Position numbers and translations under genes: made by a program. Below, piece after piece: positions 20,138-31,600 of a stretch of DNA of 54,071 bases; the first letter of the stretch is position 1; every line of letters begins with the position of its first letter. The stretch spans positions 1-54,071 of the forward strand of contig CAZWEA010000001.1 in assembly GCA_964632635.1 (NCBI GenBank). The letters are read 5' to 3'. Origin of the DNA: an uncultured Cocleimonas sp. Lineage in GTDB: Bacteria > Pseudomonadota > Gammaproteobacteria > Thiotrichales > Thiotrichaceae. Under the pieces are notes generated by a model. It did no database searches. It saw only the letters and a list, made by a program, of their open reading frames with translations, and was not told the origin of the DNA.

Positions 20138-21120
20138 TAAACAATTCCCGCTTTAAGTAAGTCATGCATATGGATGATTCCCATGACTTTATTTGACTTG
20201 TCAACCACAGGTAACACAGTGATTTCTTTATCCTGCATTTTGTTAACAGCATTGACTGCTAATTCATTAACATTGGTTGTAATACAATCCGAATGAGTGA
20301 CATCACCAATATTTACATGTTTTAAGTCGACTCCGTCTTCAAAGGCACGACGTAAATCACCATCCGTAAATATACCAAGAAGTTTGTTATCTTCATCTAC
20401 CACAAGAGTAGCACCTAATTTTTTACCAGTAATTTCTAAAATTGCATCTTTTAATGACGTTTTAGCTAGACAGAGGGGCATATCATCGTCGCTGTGCATA
20501 ATGTCTTTCACATGCACTAACAACCGTTTTCCAAGACGACCACCGGGGTGTGAACGCGCAAAGTCTTCTGCTGTAAAACCTCGGGCTTCTAATAGAGCAA
20601 CAGCAAGCGCATCGCCCATTACTAATGTAACGGTGGTGCTTGATGTAGGTGCTAAGCCCATTGGACAGGCTTCTTTTTCAACCGCTATATCAAGATGAAA
20701 GTCAGAGATTTCGGCTAGTGGTGATTGTTTGTCGCCAGACATTCCAATTACCGTAGCACCTAATCGTTTAACTAAAGTAGCAAGTGTTATTACTTCTTCG
20801 GTAGTACCTGAGTTTGAAATACTGATTACGACATCTTCTCCTGTGATCATGCCTAAGTCACCATGTAAAGCTTCGCCTGGGTGAACAAAGAAAGCAGGTG
20901 TTCCTGTACTGGCAAGGGTCGCAGCTATCTTATTACTGATATGTCCTGATTTGCCCATACCAGAAATAATGACACGACCTTTACACGCTAAAATAGCTTT
21001 ACAGGTATTTTCAAAATTCATATCCAGGCGATTATTCAGAGCCTGAATGGCACTTGCTTCAATCTCTATTACTGCTTTAGCTAGCCCTATAAAATCAGGG
21101 TTCTTATCAGATTGTGTCAT
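20137..21120 (-). CDS. kdsD: Arabinose-5-phosphate isomerase (KpsF/GutQ family)
   Basis: GMGKSGH, HGDLGM, APTSST, HPGGRLG and CBS pair; start at ATG 21120. Confidence 0.95.
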   Translation of the reverse strand: MTQSDKNPDFIGLAKAVIEIEASAIQALNNRLDMNFENTCKAILACKGRVIISGMGKSGHISNKIAATLASTGTPAFFVHPGEALHGDLGMITGEDVVISISNSGTTEEVITLATLVKRLGATVIGMSGDKQSPLAEISDFHLDIAVEKEACPMGLAPTSSTTVTLVMGDALAVALLEARGFTAEDFARSHPGGRLGKRLLVHVKDIMHSDDDMPLCLAKTSLKDAILEITGKKLGATLVVDEDNKLLGIFTDGDLRRAFEDGVDLKHVNIGDVTHSDCITTNVNELAVNAVNKMQDKEITVLPVVDKSNKVMGIIHMHDLLKAGIV

Positions 21121-21130
21121 TCTGAAATCC

Positions 21131-22117
21131 TTATTGAACTGTTTGGTAGAAAAGGAGCGCCTCATAGGCTATAAAAGCAATTAGAAGGATAATCCCTTTA
21201 TTACGTGTGAATTTACCCTTTGATCCTTTAAAACATCCAAAGCTAAAGACTAAAAGCACCACGGTTAAAATCAACATAACAAGGATATCTCTACTTAATA
21301 CCTCAGGTGGTAATTTTAGTGGTTGTATTAGACCAGGCAAGGCAAGAACACCTAAGGTATTAAAGAGGTTAGAGCCCACGATATTACCAACAGCTAGGTC
21401 AGTTTCTCCTTTTCTAGCACTACTAATTGTTGCGGCTAACTCAGGAAGGCTGGTTCCAATTGCAACGATAGTTAAGCCTATAATTAGATCACTAACACCC
21501 AGTTGACTCGCTATATTAGATGCTCCCCATACCAACATTTTTGAACTTACAAGTAATAACAAGAGACCCACAATGGTCCAAATAATAGATTGCTTTAACG
21601 GAAGTTCATCTGGTAATTCTTCTAAAGTTTCTTCAATTAATGGGTCATGCTCATGTTGCCTAACCTCTTTCTTCGCAGAGAGAATCATCCACGTCAATAT
21701 TAAGGCTAGCGTGATAACTAAAATAATGCCATCAAATCGTGAGAAAAAACCATCTGACATTAGATACCAAGCAAGTACCGCAGAAAAAAGTACTAAGGGT
21801 AATTCTTTTTTTAATAAACTTGAATGAACAGGTAATACAAAAAATATAGCCGTGATGCCAAGAACCATTGTGATATTGGTAATATTAGATCCAATCGCGT
21901 TACCAATACCAAGGCCGGGGTTTCCTTGCAACGCAGCGACACCTGAAACTAACATTTCTGGTGCTGAAGTACCCAAACCTATAATTAACATTCCTATAAT
22001 TAATGGGGATATACCCATTGTTCTGGCAATACTGGAGGCACCATCAATAAAACGATCAGCACTCCATATAAGCAATACAAGACCAACCAGAATGGCTGCA
22101 ATATAAGAAATAAGCAT
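21131..22117 (-). CDS. yrbG: Ca2+/Na+ antiporter (YrbG family)
   Basis: Two alpha repeats GTSAPE and GTSLPE with GSN motifs. Confidence 0.92.
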   Translation of the reverse strand: MLISYIAAILVGLVLLIWSADRFIDGASSIARTMGISPLIIGMLIIGLGTSAPEMLVSGVAALQGNPGLGIGNAIGSNITNITMVLGITAIFFVLPVHSSLLKKELPLVLFSAVLAWYLMSDGFFSRFDGIILVITLALILTWMILSAKKEVRQHEHDPLIEETLEELPDELPLKQSIIWTIVGLLLLLVSSKMLVWGASNIASQLGVSDLIIGLTIVAIGTSLPELAATISSARKGETDLAVGNIVGSNLFNTLGVLALPGLIQPLKLPPEVLSRDILVMLILTVVLLVFSFGCFKGSKGKFTRNKGIILLIAFIAYEALLFYQTVQ

Positions 22118-22319
22118 ATAACATCTATTATAAAATAAACAAAGGATTATACAGAAAAACGCTTAAGGGAAATAAAAGAATAGTATTATTAATCGTGTTT
22201 AGATGAAAGATCAGACCATCTATCATTTTGAGTTATATATTAGAATAATTAAAGATTAAGTTATATTCTGTGTGCTTTATATATGAAGAACATATTATTA
22301 AATTAAGATTTCAACTATT

Positions 22320-22347
22320 TTGACATGATAGTATCATGCGTTACATT
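22320..22347 (+). promoter_or_regulatory. Putative sigma-70 promoter of gmd with embedded palindrome
   Basis: TTGACA-N16-TACATT; CATGATA-G-TATCATG at 22324-22338. Confidence 0.55.
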
Positions 22348-22370
22348 GTTTTTAGTAAAGGTAAGTATTT

Positions 22371-23471
22371 ATGAAAGTCGCATTAATTACAGGTATCTCA
22401 GGACAAGATGGTTCATATCTTGCAGAGTTTTTATTAGATAAAGATTATGAAGTACATGGAATAATTCGCCGAGCTTCTTCTTTTAACACGCAGCGAATTG
22501 ATCATATTCATGATCATGATAATTTACACTTACATTATGGTGACTTGACCGATACATCAAATTTGGTTCGGATCATTTCAGAGTGCCAACCTGATGAAGT
22601 TTATAATTTAGGCGCGCAATCACATGTTGCGGTATCTTTTGAGTCTCCAGAATACACGGCAGATACTGTTGGTATAGGTTCTTTAAGAATCTTAGAGGCT
22701 ATTCGAATTCTTGGTCTTGAGAAAAAAACACGTTTTTATCAAGCGTCCACTTCTGAATTATTTGGTGAAGTACAAGAAACACCGCAAACAGAAACAACGC
22801 CTTTTTATCCTCGTTCTCCCTATGCGGCTGCCAAACTATACTCTTATTGGATTACAGTTAATTACCGTGAAGGTTATGGCATGTATGCTTGTAATGGTAT
22901 TTTATTTAATCATGAATCCCCACGTCGTGGAGAGACCTTTGTTACGCGTAAAATTACACGCAATATGGCAAATTATGCGCAGGGAATAGGGTCTGTAATT
23001 GAGCTTGGAAATATGGATGCATTACGTGATTGGGGTCATGCTAAAGATTATGTACGGATGCAATGGTTAATGCTTCAACAAGATCAACCTGATGATTTTG
23101 TAATTGCTACGGGTGTTCAATATTCCGTGCGTGATTTTGTAATAGCTACTGCTAAAGAACTTGGAATAACACTTGAATTTACAGGTGAGGGCGTAGATGA
23201 AGTTGGCGTTATATCTGCTATTGAAGGAGATAAAGCACCTGCATTAAAAGTTGGCGATAGAATGATTGAAGTGAATACTCGTTTCTTTAGACCAACTGAG
23301 GTTGAAACTCTTTTAGGTGATCCTACAAAGGCAAAAGAAAAGCTTGGTTGGATTCCTGAAATAACATTACAAGAGATGGTTTCTGAAATGGTAGTTAACG
23401 ACTTAGAAGAAGCAAGAAAAACTGTCATGCTAAAGGAAAATGGATTCGATGTTTCGATTCCACATGAGTGA
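22371..23471 (+). CDS. gmd: GDP-mannose 4,6-dehydratase
   Basis: [33 protein letters not shown] and RDWGHA motifs. Confidence 0.97.
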   Translation: MKVALITGISGQDGSYLAEFLLDKDYEVHGIIRRASSFNTQRIDHIHDHDNLHLHYGDLTDTSNLVRIISECQPDEVYNLGAQSHVAVSFESPEYTADTVGIGSLRILEAIRILGLEKKTRFYQASTSELFGEVQETPQTETTPFYPRSPYAAAKLYSYWITVNYREGYGMYACNGILFNHESPRRGETFVTRKITRNMANYAQGIGSVIELGNMDALRDWGHAKDYVRMQWLMLQQDQPDDFVIATGVQYSVRDFVIATAKELGITLEFTGEGVDEVGVISAIEGDKAPALKVGDRMIEVNTRFFRPTEVETLLGDPTKAKEKLGWIPEITLQEMVSEMVVNDLEEARKTVMLKENGFDVSIPHE

Positions 23472-24454
23472 AAACTATGTCTAATCTGAAAAAATCTGAT
23501 GTGATCTATGTTGCTGGCCATAGAGGTATGGTTGGCTCAGCAATAATCCGTCAATTAGCAAAAATTGGCTGTAATAATATTATTACTCGTACCCACTCTG
23601 AATTGGATTTGTGTGATCAGTCTGCAGTGAATAGCTTTTATTCTGAGAATAAAATCGATGTTGTCATTTTGGCGGCTGCTAAAGTAGGTGGGATAGTAGC
23701 TAATAATTCTTATCCTGCTGAATTTATTTATCAGAATCTGATGATTGAAGCGAATATTGTGCATGGCTCATGGCAAGCAGGTATTACAAACTTATTATTT
23801 TTAGGGTCATCTTGTATTTACCCGAAAATGGCAGACCAGCCAATGTCTGAAGATGCATTATTGACAGGGGTTTTAGAACCGACCAATGAGCCTTATGCTC
23901 TAGCAAAAATAGCTGGAATAAAACTTTGTGAGTCGTATAACCGTCAATATCAGACTGATTTTCGATCCGTTATGCCGACAAATCTTTATGGTGAGAATGA
24001 TAATTTCCATCCTGAAAATAGCCATGTAATTCCTGCAATGATGCGCCGCTTTCATGAGGCAACACAGTCTGCCTCTAAAGAAGTGGTTGTTTGGGGCACA
24101 GGAAAACCGATGCGTGAGTTTTTGTATGTGGATGATATGGCAGCTGCCTGTGTTCATGTTATTCAGTTAGATAAAGGCTTATATGAAAGGAATACTCAGC
24201 CAATGCTATCCCACATCAATGTAGGTACGGGAGTAGATTGTACTATTAGAGAGTTGGCTGAAACGATGGCAAAAGTTGTTGGATTTAAAGGTGAAATTGT
24301 ATTTGATAGTAGTAAACCAGATGGTACACCACGAAAATTAATGGATGTATCAAGGTTAGAGGCATTAGGTTGGCAAGCAAAGGTCTCATTAGAAGATGGT
24401 CTAAACTCTACTTATCAATGGTTTTTAGAAAATGAAAGTGTCATTAGAAGATAA
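23468..24454 (+). CDS. fcl: GDP-L-fucose synthase
   Basis: [32 protein letters not shown] and SHVIPA motifs. Confidence 0.96.
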   Translation: MKTMSNLKKSDVIYVAGHRGMVGSAIIRQLAKIGCNNIITRTHSELDLCDQSAVNSFYSENKIDVVILAAAKVGGIVANNSYPAEFIYQNLMIEANIVHGSWQAGITNLLFLGSSCIYPKMADQPMSEDALLTGVLEPTNEPYALAKIAGIKLCESYNRQYQTDFRSVMPTNLYGENDNFHPENSHVIPAMMRRFHEATQSASKEVVVWGTGKPMREFLYVDDMAAACVHVIQLDKGLYERNTQPMLSHINVGTGVDCTIRELAETMAKVVGFKGEIVFDSSKPDGTPRKLMDVSRLEALGWQAKVSLEDGLNSTYQWFLENESVIRR

Positions 24455-24497
24455 CAATAGCGAAAGTTGCTAAGTTAGTTTATTGCGAGGTTTTATT

Positions 24498-25916
24498 ATG
24501 AAAATTGTCCCTATTATATTATTAGGTGGTTCTGGTACGCGACTATGGCCTGTTTCTCGTAAAAACCATCCCAAACAGTTTTTAAAGTTAACAGGTGACC
24601 AGACTCTTTTGCAGGCGACACTTTCTCGTCTACAGGGGATAGATAATATAGAAACACCGATTGTGTTATGTAATGAAAATCATCGATTTACAGCTGCTGA
24701 ACAATTACGTGAAATTTATGCTGATGATCTCGGGGATATTATCCTGGAACCAGTTGGTAAAAATACAGCGCCTGCAGTAGCTATTGGTGCGTTGCGGGCA
24801 CTTCAGCAATATGAAGATGCAATATTACTCGTTTTACCAGCAGATCATGTCATAAAAAATACTGAAGCATTTCAAGATGCGGTACGATTTGCAGCAGAAT
24901 CTGCTAATAAAAATAAACTGGTTACTTTTGGCATTGTTCCTACTAAAGCAGAAACTGGATATGGTTACGTCAAGCGTGGTCAAGAAATAGAGAATGCTTT
25001 ACATGAGGTCGCAGAGTTTGTAGAAAAGCCTGACTTAGAGACGGCAGAAATTTATGTTCATTCAGGAGACTATTACTGGAACAGTGGTATGTTTATGTTT
25101 AATGCAAAGACATATATTGATGAACTAGAACAATTCCAACCCGAGATGCTAACTTGCTGTCGTCAATCTTTAGATAAATCGAAGCATGATCTTGATTTTA
25201 TTCGTCTTGATAAAGAAACATTTGCCCAGTGTCCTGCAAATTCGATTGACTATGCTGTCATGGAAAAAACAGACAAAGCGGTTGTTGTGTCTCTTGATGC
25301 AGAGTGGAGTGATGTAGGCTCATGGGATGCGCTTTGGGAGATTGAGAAAAAGACTAAGGATGGTAATGTTGTGCGGGGTGATGTTGTTACACATGCTAGT
25401 AGTAATTGTCTTGTTAGAGCGGAAAGTAAATTAGTCACTTTGGTTGGTGTTGATAATTTGGTTGTTATCGAAACCAAAGATGCTGTATTAGTCGCAGATA
25501 AAGATTCTGTTCAGGATGTCAAAGAAATTGTTGAGCAGCTAAGAACTGACAAGCGCAGCGAGGCTGAATTACATCGAGAAGTTTATCGTCCCTGGGGAAA
25601 GTATGATGGTGTAGATGTTGGTGAACGCTTTCAGGTAAAAAGAATAACGGTAAACCCAGGTGAAGGTACTTCAGTACAGATGCATCACCATCGCGCAGAA
25701 CATTGGATAATTGTTAGTGGCATGGCAGAAATCACCTGTGATGATAAGACATTTTTGTGTAGTGAAAATCAGTCTGCTTTTATACCGCAAGGCTCAACTC
25801 ATCGTATTGCTAACCCAGGTAAGCTCCCCATGGAAATGATAGAAGTCCAAACGGGTAGTTATCTAGGGGAAGATGATATTGTAAGATTTGAAGATATGTA
25901 TGGTCGCTCCGATTGA
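24498..25916 (+). CDS. manC: Mannose-1-phosphate guanylyltransferase / mannose-6-phosphate isomerase
   Basis: GGSGTRLWP, NTAPA, WNSGMF, SIDYAVME and cupin RPWG/HRAEHW; start at ATG 24498. Confidence 0.96.
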   Translation: MKIVPIILLGGSGTRLWPVSRKNHPKQFLKLTGDQTLLQATLSRLQGIDNIETPIVLCNENHRFTAAEQLREIYADDLGDIILEPVGKNTAPAVAIGALRALQQYEDAILLVLPADHVIKNTEAFQDAVRFAAESANKNKLVTFGIVPTKAETGYGYVKRGQEIENALHEVAEFVEKPDLETAEIYVHSGDYYWNSGMFMFNAKTYIDELEQFQPEMLTCCRQSLDKSKHDLDFIRLDKETFAQCPANSIDYAVMEKTDKAVVVSLDAEWSDVGSWDALWEIEKKTKDGNVVRGDVVTHASSNCLVRAESKLVTLVGVDNLVVIETKDAVLVADKDSVQDVKEIVEQLRTDKRSEAELHREVYRPWGKYDGVDVGERFQVKRITVNPGEGTSVQMHHHRAEHWIIVSGMAEITCDDKTFLCSENQSAFIPQGSTHRIANPGKLPMEMIEVQTGSYLGEDDIVRFEDMYGRSD

Positions 25917-25949
25917 TTTAAGAATAAAAATAGCTGTGATTAATCTAAT

Positions 25950-25978
25950 ATGGCACCCCCCCCTTTTTTAGATAATTC
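25950..25978 (+). repeat. Dispersed 29-bp intergenic motif, copy 2
   Basis: ATGGCACCCCCCCCTTTTTTAGATAATTC between manC and manB. Confidence 0.85.
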
Positions 25979-26035
25979 TAGTTTCTCAAAGTGAATAGAA
26001 TCATGGGGTGGCAGTAAACTTAAAGAAAACTTATT

Positions 26036-27403
26036 ATGAATAAATTAACTTGTTTTAAGGCTTATGACATCCGTGGCAAGCTCGGAGAAGAATTAAATAG
26101 TGACATAGCCTATCGAATTGGGCGAGCCTATGGAGAGTTCTTAAAGCCGAAAAAGGTTGTTGTCGGTGGAGATATTCGTAAAACCTCTGAGGAATTGAAG
26201 CAATCTCTTGCTGAAGGTTTAATGGATTCAGGAGTCGATGTGATTGACCTCGGTATGACGGGAACGGAAGAGATATATTTTGCGACATCACACCTAAAAG
26301 TTGATGGAGGAATCGAAGTAACAGCCAGTCATAATCCAATAGATTTTAATGGAATGAAGCTAATTAGAGAAGATTCTAAACCTATCAGTGGAGATACAGG
26401 CTTAAAAGAAATACAAAGTTTAGCTGAAAAAAATTCATTTTCTGAAGTAACTAATAAAGGTTCAATCAGTAAACAAAGCTGTATGGATGCTTATATTGAG
26501 CATTTATTCACATATATTGACTTAGACAATGTTAAGCCTCTTAAGTTAGTCGTGAATGCGGGTAATGGGTCAGCAGGGCCTGTAATAGATGCGATTGAAG
26601 TTGAGTTTAAAAAGCGTGATGTTCCGATTACTTTTATCAAAGTTAACCATCAGCCTGACGGAAGCTTCCCAAATGGAATTCCTAATCCTTTACTTATAGA
26701 AAACCGTGCTGATACCTCAAATGCAGTAATAGCTCATAATGCAGATATGGGAATTGCATGGGATGGAGATTTTGATCGTTGTTTTTTATTTGATGAAATG
26801 GGTGGTTTTATTGAAGGCTATTACATAGTTGGTTTATTAGCTGAGGCGTTTTTATCTCAAGCACCAGGCTCAAAAATCATTCATGATCCTCGTTTGACTT
26901 GGAATACCATTGATATTGTTGAAACCAATAAAGGAACTCCCATTTTATGTAAAACTGGGCATGCTTTTATAAAAGAAAGAATGCGTCAGGAAGATGCGAT
27001 TTATGGTGGGGAAATGAGTGCACATCATTACTTTAGAGACTTTGCATATTGTGATAGTGGTATGATCCCATGGTTGCTTGTTGCTGGATTATTAACATCA
27101 AATGCTAAATCTCTGTCGAGTATGGTGAAGGATCGGATTATAGCTTACCCTTCTTCAGGAGAAATTAATTTCAAAATAGAAAATCCTGCAGAAGCTATTG
27201 CAGAAATCATTAGTAAATATAAACCTTCTGCAATACACGTAGATGAAACAGATGGGATTAGTTTAGAGTTTGAAAAGTGGCGATTTAACCTTCGTTCTTC
27301 AAATACTGAGCCTGTGGTTCGGTTGAATGTGGAATCAAAAGGCGATATTGAGCTAATGAAGGCTAGAACTGAGGAGTTATCTTCTTTTTTAAAAGATAAG
27401 TAA
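26036..27403 (+). CDS. manB: Phosphomannomutase (CpsG/ManB)
   Basis: [20 protein letters not shown] and GEMSAH motifs. Confidence 0.96.
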   Translation: MNKLTCFKAYDIRGKLGEELNSDIAYRIGRAYGEFLKPKKVVVGGDIRKTSEELKQSLAEGLMDSGVDVIDLGMTGTEEIYFATSHLKVDGGIEVTASHNPIDFNGMKLIREDSKPISGDTGLKEIQSLAEKNSFSEVTNKGSISKQSCMDAYIEHLFTYIDLDNVKPLKLVVNAGNGSAGPVIDAIEVEFKKRDVPITFIKVNHQPDGSFPNGIPNPLLIENRADTSNAVIAHNADMGIAWDGDFDRCFLFDEMGGFIEGYYIVGLLAEAFLSQAPGSKIIHDPRLTWNTIDIVETNKGTPILCKTGHAFIKERMRQEDAIYGGEMSAHHYFRDFAYCDSGMIPWLLVAGLLTSNAKSLSSMVKDRIIAYPSSGEINFKIENPAEAIAEIISKYKPSAIHVDETDGISLEFEKWRFNLRSSNTEPVVRLNVESKGDIELMKARTEELSSFLKDK

Positions 27404-27602
27404 AAGCCACAAAATTACTGTTTAACAGCAGTAATACACCGTGTATCAAGCTTATGTGTATAACATTTGCTCATTGGATTGACGCGCAAAAAACCTACTG
27501 CTATACATGGATATAAGACTTTAAAATAATGTTGTTTTAAGGTCATTAAAGAAAGAAATTAAAAGTTAGTAAATTATTTATACCCGTCGAGGGGTACACG
27601 AA

Positions 27603-28613
27603 ATGGATTTCGTATTTATAATAACCTTTGTGCTGTGTTTTGGTGCACTTTGGTTATTCATCAAGTATGCCGAACAACTTGGCCTTTATGATGTTCCTAA
27701 TATTAGAAGCATGCATAAACAAGCTACGCCAAGTAGTTCAGGTATTGCTGTGTTTATTGCTGTATTTATCGTTTCTATCTTTGCAGATATGGGAGACTAT
27801 GAAAACTATAGCATGTTGATAGTGGCTGTTTTTATGGTTTTTTTATTGGGAGTCTTTGATGATATTAAAAACTTTCCTGCAAAATACAAATTAATTGTAA
27901 TTGCTACAGCTGCATTAATGACCAGCTTTGATAATATAATAGTCTGGAATGCTGGTGTATTCTTTGGTTACAAAATAGTTCTTGCTTGGTATATAGCGAT
28001 ACCTTTCACTATATTCGCGATTACTAGTTTTACGAACTCTTTCAATTTGATTGATGGCTTAGATGGTTTAGCAGGAACGTTAAGTATTATTATCCTCAGT
28101 GCTCTATGGTATTTAGGATATACACACAATGACTTCTTATTATTTGGAATTCCCTCATTAATCATACCTGCAATGCTGGCTTTCTTATATTTCAATTGGA
28201 ATCCAGCTAAAACGTTTATGGGTGATAGTGGATCATTAACACTAGGTTTTTTAATTGCCATCCTAAGTATTCGGTCACTTAATTATGTTGAACCGATGAT
28301 GTTACTTTACCTTGTCGCCCTACCTGTAATAGATACGATAGTGATTATTATCAGAAGGAAAAAGGCAGGTTATTCAATTTTCAAACCAGACAAAAATCAT
28401 TCACATCATGTGTTTCTTAGAATATTTAACGGTAACGTCAAAACAGCAGTGACTGTTTTAGCGATGATTCAGCTAATTTATGTTTTATTTGGGATAACTT
28501 TAGCAAGTAGTTTGCCTCAAGAGGTTTTATTGTTGATATTTGCCGTGAATGTTGTTGGGTGGTATTTATTCCTTAGTAGAAAGAGTTTCTATCAGGCTCA
28601 AATAGAGGTATAA
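27603..28613 (+). CDS. WecA/MraY-family polyprenyl-phosphate HexNAc-1-P transferase
   Basis: Multi-TM protein; GVFDD, NLIDGLDGL, FMGDSGS and HSHH motifs. Confidence 0.9.
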   Translation: MDFVFIITFVLCFGALWLFIKYAEQLGLYDVPNIRSMHKQATPSSSGIAVFIAVFIVSIFADMGDYENYSMLIVAVFMVFLLGVFDDIKNFPAKYKLIVIATAALMTSFDNIIVWNAGVFFGYKIVLAWYIAIPFTIFAITSFTNSFNLIDGLDGLAGTLSIIILSALWYLGYTHNDFLLFGIPSLIIPAMLAFLYFNWNPAKTFMGDSGSLTLGFLIAILSIRSLNYVEPMMLLYLVALPVIDTIVIIIRRKKAGYSIFKPDKNHSHHVFLRIFNGNVKTAVTVLAMIQLIYVLFGITLASSLPQEVLLLIFAVNVVGWYLFLSRKSFYQAQIEV

Positions 28614-28652
28614 AATATCTATATGTTGACCTGAGGTATCACGTCAAACGAT

Positions 28653-31600
28653 TCATTCAATTTCGTTAAATAGACGACGAATCCACTGTACCCTTTGCTC
28701 TAGTTCTTTCATTGTTTCATATTCAAAGTACAATTTATCCTGTCCTTTGATTTTAAATTCCCAAGGTCGTTTTTGTACTAAGCCCATGATCTTCATTGGA
28801 TCGATACTAGGTTTTTCATTAAATAAAATTCGTCCGCCTTCCTCACCCATATCAAGTTTTAATATTCCTAGCTTTTGAGCAATTTGTTTGAGACGAGTAA
28901 CTTCAAATAAATTATTAACTTGATCGGGTAATAAACCAAAGCGATCAATCATTTCTACCCGTAATTCACGTAGTGCTTCGGCATCTTTTGCACTGGCGAT
29001 ACGTTTATACATAATGAGGCGATGATGTACATCGGGCAGATAATCATCGGGGATTAGAGCAGGTAAACCTAGGTCGACAGAGGTACGAGTTTCACTACCA
29101 TCCAATTGAGGTAACTTTCCTGCTTTTAAAGCTTTGACAGCTCGCTCTAGAAGGTCGTTATACATGCTAAAGCCAATTTCTTGAATCTGGCCACTTTGAT
29201 CTGAACCGAGTAATTCTCCAGCACCACGAATTTCTAAGTCATGTGAAGCAAGGGTAAAGCCGACACCAAGATCTTCAAGTGATTCTATTGCTTCGAGTCG
29301 TTTCTTAGCATCTGCAGATATTAGTTTCTTACCTGGGATGATGAGATAAGCATAGGCTTTATGATGGGAGCGACCCACTCGCCCACGAATTTGATGTAGT
29401 TGAGCCAAACCAAGTTTATCTGCACGATTAATAATAATCGTGTTGGCTGTTGGAACATCAATACCACTTTCGATAATGGTTGTTGCAACAAGAACTTGGA
29501 AGCGTTGGTGGTAGAAATCTTTCATTATGCTTTCGAGTTCCCGTTCTGGCATTTGACCATGGGCAAATCGAACGGATGTGTTGGGTAGAATTTCCTGTAG
29601 GTCATCAGCCATCTTTTGGATGGTTTTGACTTCGTTATGTAAAAAATAAACCTGCCCACCACGGGCTAACTCACGGGCACAGGCTTCTTGTATAAGTGCT
29701 CTGTCCCATTCATTAACGAATGTCTTGATTGAATGACGCTGCGTAGGTGGTGTTGCAATGATTGATAGGTCACGTAAACCAGCGAGTGACATATTTAAAG
29801 TACGCGGTATCGGTGTCGCTGTAAGCGTAAGCATATCGACATTTGAACGAAGTTTTTTAAGTTGCTCTTTTTGGCGTACACCAAAGCGATGTTCTTCATC
29901 GACTATGACTAAACCGAGGTCTTTAAATTCTATATCTTTTTGTAGGAGCTTATGTGTACCGATGACAATATCAATATCACCAGAAGCCATTTGTGCGAGT
30001 GTTTCGCGCGTCTCTTTAGGTGTTTTAAAGCGGGATAATGAGCCAATTTTAAATGGCCAATCAGCAAAGCGATCCCTAAAGTTTTTGGCATGTTGTTGTA
30101 CTAAAAGAGTGGTTGGCGCAATGATAGCAACTTGTTTTCCAGAGTTAGCAGCAACAAAGGTGGCACGCATAGCGACTTCAGTTTTACCAAAACCAACGTC
30201 TCCGCAGGTGACACGATCCATAGGTCTATCAGAAATCATATCTTTGATTACTGTACCAATCGCGGCTGCTTGATCAGGTGTTTCTTCAAAAGGGAATGTA
30301 TCTGCAAAGGCGAGGTATTCGATCTCATTAAAGGTGAAGCTATGTCCTTTTTGAGCAGCACGGCGCGCATGAATTTCTAGGAGTTCTGCGGCAACATCAT
30401 GTGCTTTTTGTGCAGCCTTTTTGCGAACCTTGTCCCAATGCTCTGTACCTAGCGTGTGTAGGGGAGCATGTTCTGCACTAACTCCCGTATACCGACTAAT
30501 TAAGTGTAAAGAAGCTACTGGAACATAAAGTTTATCACCTTTAGCATACTCAAGAGTGATGAACTCTTGTTCAATACCAGTTGTAGTTAATTTTTGCATA
30601 CCCATATAACGACCGACACCGTGCTCTTCATGTACGACGGGGTCACCTTCGCTAAGATCTGTTAAGTTGCGAATAATGGTATCAGCATCACGGGTAGGTT
30701 TTTTACGACGGCGCTTTTGTTGTACCTGTGAGCCAAACAACATCGATTCAGGAATAATAGCAAGTTGTTCGCCAGCAACGTGTTTAATCCACAAACCTTT
30801 TTCTAATGGCGCGACACAAAGGCACATAGTTTGATTAGATTGTAAGAAACCGTGCCAATCCTCAACAACACTGGGAGAAAAACCATTGTCACGTAATAAA
30901 CTCAATAAGTTTTCACGACGACCTGCTGAGTCTGCAGTAAATAAAATGCGAGAGGATGAAACTTCATTGTTAGTATTTTTCTCATCAGTAAAAAGCTGAG
31001 AAAAAAATTGTTTTAACAGAATAAGTGGTGTTTCTGAACGACCTTGTATGAGTAAAGAAGGTAGTGTTGAAACTGGATAGTTATGTGCTCCCACATTATC
31101 ATTAGAATCTTGCTGTTTAAAAATATGAGTATCAATTTGGCGATGCGAATTGATTTCTTCAACAAGTTCTTTGGTGTTTAGATATAACTGATCGGGTGGG
31201 AGTAGGGGGCGCTCAACATCATGACGTCGTTGTTGATAGCGGTCTTGAATCATTCCGGTAAATGTTTCAGCAGCTGTTTGCGTACCATCTGAACTGATTA
31301 ATAGCGTTTTTTCTGGCAGGTAATCAAATAAAGTAGAAGTACTATCAAAAAATAATGGTAGATAGTATTCAATGCCAGAGGGTGCATTTCCATTACTGAC
31401 ATTGTCGTAAATTTGACTACGTGCGAGATCGCCACCTAACTGGGTACTGTAGTTTTCTTTAAATTTAGCAATTCCCTCTTTGTTGAGTGGAAATTCATGC
31501 GCAGGTAATAATTGAATTTTGTTGATTTTCTCTATAGTTCGTTGATCTTCAGGGTTAAAGCTACGGATAGATTCGATTTCATCATCAAGTAAATCGATTC

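Noticed and set aside
25951-25966. 29-bp motif as a sigma-54 promoter, since it contains TGGCAC
   Set aside because: There is no GC at the -12 position (GG-N10-TT, or GT in copy 1).
26006-26014. GGGGTGGCA able to pair with motif copy 2
   Set aside because: No equivalent complementary partner was seen near other copies, so the motif is not a general hairpin arm.
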